13,709 nucleotides of DNA, taken from UHGV virus genome UHGV-0265340; one strand, written 5' to 3'. Source of the stretch: a virus. The position numbers and the translations under genes were made by a program. The notes under the pieces are model-generated. The model saw nothing but the letters and a program-made list of their open reading frames with translations. It ran no database searches and was not told the DNA's origin. This document shows positions 6,914 to 13,709 of the stretch, one piece after another. The first letter of the stretch is position 1, and each line of letters opens with the position of its first letter.

Positions 6914-6959
6914 TCGCTTTTCAGCGACGTAGGACGAATGTCCATTGTGAAAAGAGCAG
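6914..6959 (-). promoter_or_regulatory. nutR-like site (boxA, small hairpin, boxB)
   Basis: Minus strand reads boxA-like CTGCTCTTTTC (6959-6949), hairpin GGAC-ATTC-GTCC, then boxB-like TCGC-TGAAAA-GCGA (6927-6914); same architecture and loop as the nutL candidate at 8305-8350. Confidence 0.5.
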
Positions 6960-6971
6960 TGTTAATTGAGC

Positions 6972-7211
6972 TTATCGTTGACGATCAGGATTCGCTACAT
7001 TGCGTAACCATTCGGCGGTAAATTTGCCATCAGATGCATTGGCGAGAATTTCCGAATAGTTGGTTTTCATCGTGTATTCGGTGCGAGGTAACGCTCCGTT
7101 TTTAACCCACTTATGAATTGCAACATTTGACAACCCGCATAAACGGGCAGCGACTGTTTGACCACCAACAGCTTTTACTGCGAATTGTATCGGATTCATA
7201 CTGCTATCCAT
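6972..7211 (-). CDS. cro: Cro-like HTH repressor
   Basis: 79-aa ORF (75 aa if translation starts at ATG 7199, which has a weak GGA SD); HTH QTVAARLCGLSNVAIHKWV; divergent from the cI-like gene across the operator region; pR-like -35 TTGACA on the minus strand (7263-7258). Confidence 0.8.
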   Translation of the reverse strand: MDSSMNPIQFAVKAVGGQTVAARLCGLSNVAIHKWVKNGALPRTEYTMKTNYSEILANASDGKFTAEWLRNVANPDRQR

Positions 7212-7283
7212 TAATTTAATTAACTTCGAGTTAATGTTAACTATTAGCTGACAGTTATGTCAACTATGTTTGATAATTAACGT
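7212..7283. promoter_or_regulatory. oR-like operator region with divergent pR and pRM
   Basis: Perfect palindrome TTAACTTCGAGTTAA (7220-7234) plus further TTAACT/AGTTAA-type inverted repeats (7236-7265); minus-strand pR -35 TTGACA (7263-7258) and -10 TAACAT (7239-7234); plus-strand pRM -35 CTGACA (7248-7253) and -10 GATAAT (7272-7277) ending 6 bp before the cI ATG, implying a leaderless cI mRNA as in lambda. Confidence 0.7.
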
Positions 7284-8054
7284 ATGGTTAAAAAAGATGA
7301 ACTAAAAGAAGCGTTCTCAAAGAGACTACTACAGGCATTATTAGATGCAGGTGTGGGCGGACGCGGTCAGGCTAAGCGGATTCAGAATGCAATGAAACTG
7401 CGAGGCATTGATATCTCTGAACCGGGGATCTGGAAATGGCTTAATTCTGCATCAATTCCAGAAAAAACAAGTATTTTGGCACTTAGTGACTGGCTTTCCG
7501 TGAAGCCGGAGTGGTTGGAGTATGGCAGTAACGAGCCATCCGTAAAACAGCGACCTTCTATTCCAAACGAATCAGAATGGGGTTCCCTTGAAACTTGGGA
7601 CAGAAATACACAACTACGAGATGATGAAGTTGAGGTGCCATATCTGAAAGACATTGAGTTTGCATGCGGTGACGGAAGAGTTCATTGCGAAGATCATAAT
7701 GGTTTTAAATTACGCTTCTCAAAAGCAACCCTGCGCCGTGTCGGAGCTAACAGTGATGGTTCTGGTGTGCTTTGTTTTCCGGCTACTGGTGATAGCATGG
7801 AACCCGTGATACCAGATGGAACAACAATCGCAGTAGACACAAACAACAAACGTATTGTTGACGGCAAACTCTACGCCATCGCACAGCCTGGTGTCGGTGA
7901 TGAAAAACTGAAGCGTATAAAGCTATTGTACAGACGCCCCGGTGGAAAACTAATCATACGCAGTTATAACAGTGAAGAGTACCCTGACGAAGAAGCAGAT
8001 ACTCAAAGCGTGGAGATTATCGGAAAAGTTTTCTGGTATTCAGTTCTGCTTTAG
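7284..8054 (+). CDS. cI: CI-type prophage repressor (HTH + LexA-like S24 autopeptidase domain)
   Basis: 256-aa ORF; C-terminal S24 motifs (GDSMEP, downstream catalytic Lys region KLKRIK); N-terminal DNA-binding region; no SD, start directly downstream of the -10 (leaderless). Confidence 0.92.
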   Translation: MVKKDELKEAFSKRLLQALLDAGVGGRGQAKRIQNAMKLRGIDISEPGIWKWLNSASIPEKTSILALSDWLSVKPEWLEYGSNEPSVKQRPSIPNESEWGSLETWDRNTQLRDDEVEVPYLKDIEFACGDGRVHCEDHNGFKLRFSKATLRRVGANSDGSGVLCFPATGDSMEPVIPDGTTIAVDTNNKRIVDGKLYAIAQPGVGDEKLKRIKLLYRRPGGKLIIRSYNSEEYPDEEADTQSVEIIGKVFWYSVLL

Positions 8055-8060
8055 CCCTCT

Positions 8061-8087
8061 CCCCCGGCCTCAGAGCCGGGTTTTTTA
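8061..8087 (+). terminator. Intrinsic terminator after cI
   Basis: Stem CCCGGC (8063-8068) / GCCGGG (8075-8080), 6-nt loop, followed by TTTTTT (8081-8086), 7 bp after the cI stop. Confidence 0.75.
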
Positions 8088-8215
8088 TTAACCCAGCTAG
8101 CCAAAACTCATCTATCCTAGCTTCTATACCCCTTCATACTTGATAACCGTCGCTCACCGAACAAGCAATAATAATTAACTAAAAATCAAAAACATAGAAT
8201 TTCCCCACAATAATT

Positions 8216-8258
8216 TTAACTTTAGGTTATTGACTAACACTAACCAACAGTTAATAAT
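8216..8258 (+). promoter_or_regulatory. pL/oL-like promoter-operator
   Basis: TTAACTTTAGGTTAT (8216-8230) matches the oR palindrome at 12 of 15 positions; -35 TTGACT (8230-8235), 16-17-bp spacer, -10 TAATAAT (8252-8258); AT-rich; directly upstream of nutL and N. Confidence 0.5.
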
Positions 8259-8304
8259 CATTTTACCAACAGGTCACCGATAACAACGCGGTCCCAATTG
8301 GAAA

Positions 8305-8350
8305 GCTCTTTAAACAACGTCGAACACTCGACTACGTGGCTGAAAAGCCA
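8305..8350 (+). promoter_or_regulatory. nutL-like site (boxA, small hairpin, boxB)
   Basis: boxA-like GCTCTTTAAACAA (8305-8317); hairpin GTCGA-ACAC-TCGAC (8319-8332); boxB-like TGGC-TGAAAA-GCCA (8337-8350); about 100 nt upstream of the N-like ATG. Confidence 0.55.
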
Positions 8351-8450
8351 GATCACCCAACCACATAAGCTGTGGGATGCAATGCTGAAGCAACCGTCTC
8401 AGGGGGTGGCTTCGAGACTGCATCACCAGAGTTTATTCGGAGAGAAGTCT

Positions 8451-8723
8451 ATGTCCAGAAAGACAGAATTTAAAGGAACCGCAACTTCCCGCCGCAGAGC
8501 ACACCGGGCTGAGCTTCAGAGTCTGGAGGCATCAAGCGCTGATAAACTGCACCGCCCCACGCCTTCACGGGTGTACTTACAGTGCAAGCGCAAAGCCGCA
8601 ATGCGAGCTGAAGTAGTCACGATAACGACATTAACCAGAAAATATGAAGGCTCCACTTGTCTTCCAAACACTGCACTTTACGCAGCTGGCTATCGCAAAT
8701 CCGGAACAATAACAGCGAGGTGA
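8451..8723 (+). CDS. N: N-like transcription antiterminator (P22 gp24 / lambda N family)
   Basis: 90-aa ORF from ATG 8451 (SD GGAGAGA 8439-8445); arginine-rich motif TSRRRAHRAELQ resembling the lambda N ARM (QTRRRERRAEKQ); C-terminus LPNTALYAAGYRKSGTITAR parallels P22 gp24 as recalled; matching nut sites on both operons. Confidence 0.8.
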   Translation: MSRKTEFKGTATSRRRAHRAELQSLEASSADKLHRPTPSRVYLQCKRKAAMRAEVVTITTLTRKYEGSTCLPNTALYAAGYRKSGTITAR

Positions 8724-8726
8724 TTG

Positions 8727-9440
8727 ATGACCACACCTTCAGTTTTGCCGCAAAAATTATGGCGTCCGCTTGCAGAGATTAAAAACTTCGTTGAAAAAAT
8801 GCCTGATGGTGTTCGCCTTACGGAGGTTACAAAAAAAGTTAAGACGTTTGCCGAACTGTCAGGAAAAGAGAGAAACCAGCTCATAGATTTTATCGATAAA
8901 CGGGAAAGCATCATTGTATTTAAGGTCAGAAAAGAAGGTTCTGGTAACGGAGTAACCTTTTTCCGCCACAAAAAATATGGATATCCCAAACGGGAAGGAA
9001 ACGTCACAATCATTAAGGACCTTCAATCAAAATTATGTACCAGATGCGGGCAGACAAAATCAGTCAATGATTTTTATTCAGATGCCAGCAAGCGTGACGG
9101 GAGAGCCATTTATTGCAAGAAGTGCGAATCTGCAATGAAACGCTCACGCAGAGAATGCAACAAATTAATTCTGCAACAACAGGAACCTGAAATGAATAAC
9201 CTCAAAGCAGTTTCACCTTCACCAGAAATACTCAGAAAACAGGCTGAAGAATTGCTGAAAGCCGCCGAAATTGCGGAGAAAAAACGCCAGGAAGATGATG
9301 CATTCAACAAAAAACTTGCGCCCTTAAAACTTGAAATTCTTCAGGCCGCCGGAAAAATGCAGCTTAAACTGGACGAATTCATCGACTGTATGGATGAAAT
9401 GAATAAAGCAGTTCAGAAGCTTAAAGAGCTGACCGCCTGA
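8727..9440 (+). CDS. Hypothetical protein with CxxC...CxxC zinc ribbon and coiled-coil-like C-terminus
   Basis: 237-aa ORF from ATG 8727 (SD GAGG 8717-8720, 6-nt spacing; starts 4 bp after the N stop); CTRCG...CKKCE motif; K/E-rich helical C-terminus; AT-rich codon usage typical of phage cargo; no family recognised. Confidence 0.75.
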   Translation: MTTPSVLPQKLWRPLAEIKNFVEKMPDGVRLTEVTKKVKTFAELSGKERNQLIDFIDKRESIIVFKVRKEGSGNGVTFFRHKKYGYPKREGNVTIIKDLQSKLCTRCGQTKSVNDFYSDASKRDGRAIYCKKCESAMKRSRRECNKLILQQQEPEMNNLKAVSPSPEILRKQAEELLKAAEIAEKKRQEDDAFNKKLAPLKLEILQAAGKMQLKLDEFIDCMDEMNKAVQKLKELTA

Positions 9441-9471
9441 TATTAATAAATTGCAACTACCGGAGTTAACT

Positions 9472-9831
9472 ATGAACGAAACAGAACTGAAGCACATTAT
9501 CGCCCTGCTTCTGGAAGATGCCGGACAGGTTTATCGACTTAGCCCAAATTCCGCAACGCTGACACGCATCCAGATGGCAGAAAAAGCACTGAAACAGGAT
9601 AATGAAAACAGCGCATCCGAAGTTGATGCTAATGGTGAAAATGAAGTAATAGAAATAAACAGCAATATCAGCGACAGTTGCATCGCTTACAGCCACCAAA
9701 TAATTCGTGTAAGTGCAAGAATAATGGAAGTGATGGCAAGTGAGCTTGAAAAGAACAACATCAAGCCCACTGATTGTTGTTTAAGAACCGTAATGAACGT
9801 TATTTATTACTCGATGTTCCGAAGCCGCTAA
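9472..9831 (+). CDS. Hypothetical protein (119 aa)
   Basis: ATG 9472 with SD GGAG (9462-9465); acidic, AT-rich; no family recognised; 3' end overlaps the convergent ORF 9800-10009. Confidence 0.65.
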   Translation: MNETELKHIIALLLEDAGQVYRLSPNSATLTRIQMAEKALKQDNENSASEVDANGENEVIEINSNISDSCIAYSHQIIRVSARIMEVMASELEKNNIKPTDCCLRTVMNVIYYSMFRSR

Positions 9832-10009
9832 CAGCGTCGAGTTTTTCATTAAAAAATGATTCAAATGCATCGTAAAATACGGCAATAGCACCGCCCTTAT
9901 CTACCGCGGCAGGAACTGCCTTTTGAGGTATATCTTTCTCCCTGAATTGTGTGTTGTAGGTATCGACAGCCAGCCGCATCAGAAACATCACTTTTTCTTC
10001 TTGTGTCAT
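9800..10009 (-). CDS. Hypothetical small protein (69 aa), convergent with the upstream gene
   Basis: ATG at 10009 preceded on the minus strand by a strong SD (AAGGAGAG, about 7-nt spacing) and a structured GC-rich leader; overlaps the 3' end of 9472-9831 by 32 bp. Confidence 0.45.
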   Translation of the reverse strand: MTQEEKVMFLMRLAVDTYNTQFREKDIPQKAVPAAVDKGGAIAVFYDAFESFFNEKLDAVSGFGTSSNK

Positions 10010-10248
10010 AAATTCACTCTCCTTACGGGGTTTGTAGTTGAGGAGTTCTCCACGGGTGAGGTGGAGATCGTGCGCCGGACACGGGTAAGTTCCGGCACTC
10101 TCAGTTTACTGAACAGACATTACCCTGAAAGCCAGGGTACAACACGAAAGTGCACGGCGAAGACTCTTTCCCATTGAAGGCTTGTCGTTAGATTTCTTCG
10201 ACCGTGCGCTTCCGGTTGTGAATAACAACATTGCTGTGTGTAGCCCTT

Positions 10249-10290
10249 GGCGGACATCGGTTTGCCGATTGCTGATGTCCGCCCTTTTTA
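10249..10290 (+). terminator. Strong intrinsic terminator with no adjacent upstream CDS
   Basis: Stem GGCGGACATC (10249-10258) / GATGTCCGCC (10274-10283) with an inner ATCGG/CCGAT pairing, followed by CTTTTT (10284-10289); nearest upstream plus-strand CDS ends at 9831. Confidence 0.6.
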
Positions 10291-10465
10291 AAGTGAATTT
10301 TGTGATGCGGTGAATGCGGCTATGCGCACGCGGAACAGTTAAACCGACAGGATGTCACGGAAAGTCATCGTCCCCTGACCCGGCGTTAGTTGTTAACTGG
10401 TTAACGTCACCTGGAGGCACCAGGCACCGCATCAACAAAGTTCATTTGTGAAAATGGAGATAATT

Positions 10466-10687
10466 ATGATTGCTCATCACTTCGGAACTGATGAAATACC
10501 ACGTCAGTGCGTGACGCCTGGCGATTATGTTCTTCATGAAGGTCGGACATATATCGCTTCAGCAAACAATATTGAAAAGAGAAAACTCTATATTCGTAAC
10601 TTCACAACAAAAACATGCATTACCGACTGCATGATTAAAGTTTTCATCGGGCGCGATGGCTTACCCGTAAAAGCAGCGTCGTTGTGA
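10466..10687 (+). CDS. Hypothetical small protein (73 aa)
   Basis: ATG 10466 with SD GGAGA (10456-10460, 5-nt spacing); in-frame alternative ATG 10454 and GTG 10448; Cys-containing, AT-rich; no family recognised. Confidence 0.5.
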   Translation: MIAHHFGTDEIPRQCVTPGDYVLHEGRTYIASANNIEKRKLYIRNFTTKTCITDCMIKVFIGRDGLPVKAASL

Positions 10688-10770
10688 CGAGTAATAAAAT
10701 ACACCTTCCATATCTGTAACAGACAAGCCGAAATAAAACCGCATTAATTATCAATCACGGAAAAATCAAA

Positions 10771-11157
10771 ATGAAAGAGCTTGCGCAAAATGAAATATTT
10801 TCCGAAACCAGTCCTGATGCAATAAATGAACTCAAAGAAATTGCAGAACGCATCAGTAAAATATGCAAAGAATACAAAATCGACTTTGTATTTTCTTTTT
10901 CAGTGCTTACAGAAGTTGGAAATAACGAATATAAGGACAGCCGTTTTGTTTTATGTGGGTTAAATGGCAAAACACCAAGCCCATATATTCATGCTGCACG
11001 TGAAGTTGTCAGAAGCAACATTGGAGTACAACAAATCCATACACTTGCACAGGCTCTTGAGTTTGCAAGAGAAAATTCTGAGTGCGACTGCCCTGAATGC
11101 CAGCACGAAAAGGGAAAAACAACTCACAAAACAGCAAACCAGGCAACCTTCCACTGA
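10771..11157 (+). CDS. Hypothetical protein (128 aa) with C-terminal Cys cluster
   Basis: ATG 10771; helical acidic N-terminus; CDCPECQHEKGK near the C-terminus; very AT-rich; no family recognised. Confidence 0.65.
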   Translation: MKELAQNEIFSETSPDAINELKEIAERISKICKEYKIDFVFSFSVLTEVGNNEYKDSRFVLCGLNGKTPSPYIHAAREVVRSNIGVQQIHTLAQALEFARENSECDCPECQHEKGKTTHKTANQATFH

Positions 11158-11264
11158 AATAAAAATCCGGCAGCGCAGGCTACCGGATTTCTCCCTGCGT
11201 CACCGTATTCGGAGAAATCAGACAAAGGGCCGCTAATTCTAATCCAGCCAGAGGTTTAAATACA

Positions 11265-13337
11265 ATGAGCGCTGATAAACAGACTTTTGCACTACACTGC
11301 GAAGCAAAAAACGATAAAGTCAGAAAACGCCTTGGCATCAAAGGCGGTTTTTTCTGGACCGAGGCCAGAAAACTTTCTGTCGCAGTTTCCCGCTGCATTG
11401 CAGCCATGGACGATGCAGGCTACGACGAGGATGATTTCAAAAAACCCGTTCGCGTAAATTTCCCCGTCGTGAATGACCTTCCACCGGAAGGCGTGTTTGA
11501 TACTGAATTCTGCAACCGCTATGAAAAAGGCGGTAACGATGGCATCACCATGATGGCTATCCCCTTCGATGACAACATCAACGGTGAAGATGCCACAACT
11601 GCTGGCGATGACAACGATAACCTGGACGGAACTATTCCGGATGATGTGGAGAAAAGCGAATCCCCGGACAGCGACGATGACTGTTCTGAGTGTGAAATTC
11701 CCGTCGCCACTCTGAGCCTTACTCATCGCTTCCTTCACCTCTTCTTATTCAGCAAAGATGAAGATGGAAAATACCGGCATCATGCCACACCAGAACAACG
11801 CAATAACGTGATCCGTATGGAGATGGACACAGAGGACAGTTACCTTCAGAGCCTGCTTACTGCTGTGCGCGCCGCGCATCATGAACTGGATAAACTGACG
11901 AACTATCACCTTAGTCGCCTGGCTGAATCTGTAGGGAAAGCATTCCCCCACTCTGCAAATCATCGCATCAGCCCGGCTGAATTCGACAAGTTCATTTCCA
12001 CCTGGATGAAAACTGACTACCTTGATCAGGGCCTGCTGACAAAAGAATGGCAGAACGGAAATTATGTTTCAGGCATTACCCGTACGCCTTCCGGTGCTAA
12101 CGCTGGCGGCGGAAATATTACCGATCGTGGTGAAGGATTCAAACATGATAAGACATCACTCGCACGAGATGTAGCCACCGGCGTTCTGGCCCGTTCAATG
12201 GATGTGGATATTTATAACCTGCACCCAGCACACGCAAAACGCGTTGAAGAAATCGTGTCAGAGAATAAGCCGCCCTTTTCTGTTTTTCGCGACAAATTTA
12301 TCGCCATGCCCGGTGGGCTGGATTATTCCCGCGCCATTGTGGTGGCTTCCGTGAAAGAAGCACCAATCGGCATTGAGGCCATCCCGGCACGCGTGACTGA
12401 ATATCTCAACAAAGTGTTGACCGAAACCGATCACGCTAACCCGGATCCGGAAATCGTGGAAATTGCCTGCGGTCGCTCATCAGCACCGATGCCGCAGCGC
12501 GGAACAGCAGAAGGAAAACATGGCGATGAAGAAAAGCAACAAGCATCGGACACAATGGCTAATGAACAGGCAGCGCCTGAATCAGTGGAAGAAATTCCAG
12601 TTAAACATAATGAGGACACGCAATCACTGGAAAATGTCTCATCTGTAGAAACGAAATACCAGGAACTGAGGGAGGAACTCAATAAAGCCAGGGAAAACAT
12701 CCCCCCAAAAAATCCAGTCGATGCCGACAAATTACTGGCTGCCTCGCGTGGAGAATTCGTTGAAGGCATCAGTAACCCTGCTGATCCGAAGTGGGTGAAG
12801 GGGATCCAGACTCGCGACACTGAGGACCAGAATCAGTCCAAAGTGGAACAAATTGCCCCAGAAGCGGGACAAAACAGCCCGGATACGCAACAAAACGGGC
12901 CAGAAGAGCAACAGCCAGGGCCAGTAGCGCAACCGGAGCTGGAAAAAAACTGCCGCGTCTGTGGTCAGACTGGCGGGGGTAACTGCCCTGACTGTAGTGC
13001 GGTAATGGGCGATAGCACTTACACAGAAACTTTTGGAGAAAATGACGCCGCTGATGGAGAAGACTCAGCACAAACTGAGGAGAAGATCATTCAGGAAAAC
13101 TCTGTTGATGCCGCTCAGGAGGGCGAAACCGTTGTTCAGAACGAGCCAGGCAGTGATACGTCCGGCGATGACGCCAATTCTGAGCCAGTAACTCTCGACT
13201 GGAAAAGACAGCTCGTGATTGCCGCCGTCTATGGTTTGTGCGCCAACCCCGCATGTATAGCCACAGCGCCAGCAATCCCTGATATCGCCATCATGATTGC
13301 CAACAGGCTTGAAAATTTCGGAGGTGATAAATCATGA
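11265..13337 (+). CDS. Large acidic protein resembling the non-catalytic N-terminal region of RecE (exonuclease VIII) family prophage proteins; nuclease domain apparently absent
   Basis: 690-aa ORF from ATG 11265 (GAGG 11251-11254); D/E-rich low-complexity stretches; CRVCGQ...CPDC motif; segments such as NFPVVNDLP and [16 protein letters not shown]...[16 protein letters not shown]...[10 protein letters not shown]...[12 protein letters not shown] match my recollection of the Rac RecE N-terminal region (unverified); stop overlaps the gam ATG (ATGA 13334-13337). Confidence 0.8.
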   Translation: MSADKQTFALHCEAKNDKVRKRLGIKGGFFWTEARKLSVAVSRCIAAMDDAGYDEDDFKKPVRVNFPVVNDLPPEGVFDTEFCNRYEKGGNDGITMMAIPFDDNINGEDATTAGDDNDNLDGTIPDDVEKSESPDSDDDCSECEIPVATLSLTHRFLHLFLFSKDEDGKYRHHATPEQRNNVIRMEMDTEDSYLQSLLTAVRAAHHELDKLTNYHLSRLAESVGKAFPHSANHRISPAEFDKFISTWMKTDYLDQGLLTKEWQNGNYVSGITRTPSGANAGGGNITDRGEGFKHDKTSLARDVATGVLARSMDVDIYNLHPAHAKRVEEIVSENKPPFSVFRDKFIAMPGGLDYSRAIVVASVKEAPIGIEAIPARVTEYLNKVLTETDHANPDPEIVEIACGRSSAPMPQRGTAEGKHGDEEKQQASDTMANEQAAPESVEEIPVKHNEDTQSLENVSSVETKYQELREELNKARENIPPKNPVDADKLLAASRGEFVEGISNPADPKWVKGIQTRDTEDQNQSKVEQIAPEAGQNSPDTQQNGPEEQQPGPVAQPELEKNCRVCGQTGGGNCPDCSAVMGDSTYTETFGENDAADGEDSAQTEEKIIQENSVDAAQEGETVVQNEPGSDTSGDDANSEPVTLDWKRQLVIAAVYGLCANPACIATAPAIPDIAIMIANRLENFGGDKS

Positions 13338-13630
13338 ATGCCTGGCTTATCCCCGATCGCATTGAAGAGCAGTCATGGGCACGACACTACCAGCAAATTG
13401 CCCGTGAAGAAACTGAAGCTGAGCTGGCAGACGACCTGGAAAAAGGTCTGCCCCAACACCTGTTTGAATCGCTATGCATCGATAATCTGCAACGTCACGG
13501 GGCCAGCAAAAAAGCTATTTCCCGTGCATTTGATGACGATGTCGATTTTCAGGAACGCATGGCAGAACACATCCGCTACATGGCTGAAACCATCGCCCGT
13601 CACCAAATTAATATTGATTCAGAGGTATAA
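13334..13630 (+). CDS. gam: Gam host-nuclease (RecBCD) inhibitor, lambda type
   Basis: 98-aa ORF almost colinear and near-identical to the short (GamS) form of lambda Gam as recalled ([44 protein letters not shown]...[23 protein letters not shown]). Confidence 0.95.
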   Translation: MNAWLIPDRIEEQSWARHYQQIAREETEAELADDLEKGLPQHLFESLCIDNLQRHGASKKAISRAFDDDVDFQERMAEHIRYMAETIARHQINIDSEV

Positions 13631-13635
13631 AACGG

Positions 13636-13709
13636 ATGAGTACAGCACTCGCAACGCTGGCAGGGAAGCTGGCTGAACGTGTCGGCATGGATTCTGTCGA
13701 CCCACAGGA
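13636..13709 (+). CDS. bet: Bet (Red-beta) single-strand annealing protein, 5' fragment (runs off the window)
   Basis: ATG 13636 six bp after the gam stop; first 24 codons MSTALATLAGKLAERVGMDSVDPQ match the lambda Bet N-terminus as recalled; ORF is open to the window end. Confidence 0.9.
   Translation, partial: MSTALATLAGKLAERVGMDSVDPQ

Noticed and set aside
7382-7654. Minus-strand 90-aa ORF inside cI
   Set aside because: Antisense shadow of the CI repressor gene.
8298-8450. N-terminal extension of the N-like ORF back to 8298
   Set aside because: The extension begins with a TTG codon, has no RBS, and would translate through the nutL boxA/boxB elements; ATG 8451 with its GGAGAGA SD is the better start.
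8690-9699. Minus-strand ORFs 8690-9013, 9110-9310 and 9466-9699
   Set aside because: Antisense to plus-strand genes with good RBS and coding character; no RBS of their own.
9923-10177. Plus-strand 84-aa ORF
   Set aside because: No RBS, overlaps the start of the minus-strand 69-aa gene, and lies in a region better explained as structured non-coding RNA; kept only as part of the sRNA/leader hypothesis.
10150-10330. Identity with the known sRNA DicF
   Set aside because: The position is analogous to dicF in the Qin early-left operon, but the sequence upstream of the terminator does not match the DicF sequence as I recall it, so I only propose an analogous uncharacterised RNA.
11164-11189. Hairpin AATCCGG...CCGGATT after the 128-aa gene as a terminator
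   Set aside because: Stem is present but it is followed by TTCTCCC rather than a U-tract; at most a weak attenuator, not called as a terminator.
11292-13275. Several minus-strand and alternative-frame ORFs inside the 690-aa gene (for example 11292-11738, 12431-12820, 12769-13071, 13087-13275) and the 112-aa plus ORF 13338-13676
   Set aside because: Shadows of the long RecE-like frame and of gam (which has near-identical similarity to lambda Gam); composition is not protein-like.
1-13709. Integrase, att sites, transposase/IS elements, tRNA or rRNA genes
   Set aside because: No translation resembling a tyrosine/serine recombinase or DDE transposase, and no tRNA-like cloverleaf or rRNA-like sequence was seen; the window appears to lie wholly within the prophage early region.

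Overview
This window is the early (immunity, replication, recombination) region of a mosaic lambdoid prophage of enterobacterial type. The minus strand carries the early-right operon: cro-like (6972-7211), cII-like (6532-6828), a repeat-rich junction, a replication protein with a DnaT-like C-terminus (5202-6278), a DnaC-like helicase loader (4455-5195), two winged-helix proteins (3680-4429, 3233-3664), then, past a cargo island, a Roi/antirepressor-like gene (621-1313) and ninB (156-566). The plus strand carries the immunity/early-left side: a leaderless S24-type CI repressor (7284-8054), terminator, pL/oL, nutL, a P22 gp24 / lambda N-like antiterminator (8451-8723), small AT-rich cargo genes (8727-11157), a large acidic RecE N-terminal-like protein (11265-13337), lambda-type gam (13334-13630) and the start of bet (13636 to window end). 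Two accessory regions stand out. (i) A plus-strand island between the replication and nin modules encodes a HigB/HigA toxin-antitoxin pair followed by a Zn-ribbon + DUF4145/HEPN-like protein (1651-3200); this is my best candidate for an undescribed prophage defence module. (ii) Directly downstream of N lie uncharacterised small genes and a CDS-free structured stretch ending in an intrinsic terminator. No rRNA, tRNA, CRISPR array or transposase was seen. All family assignments come from reading the translations against recalled signatures; no database search was run, and start codons were chosen by RBS inspection.
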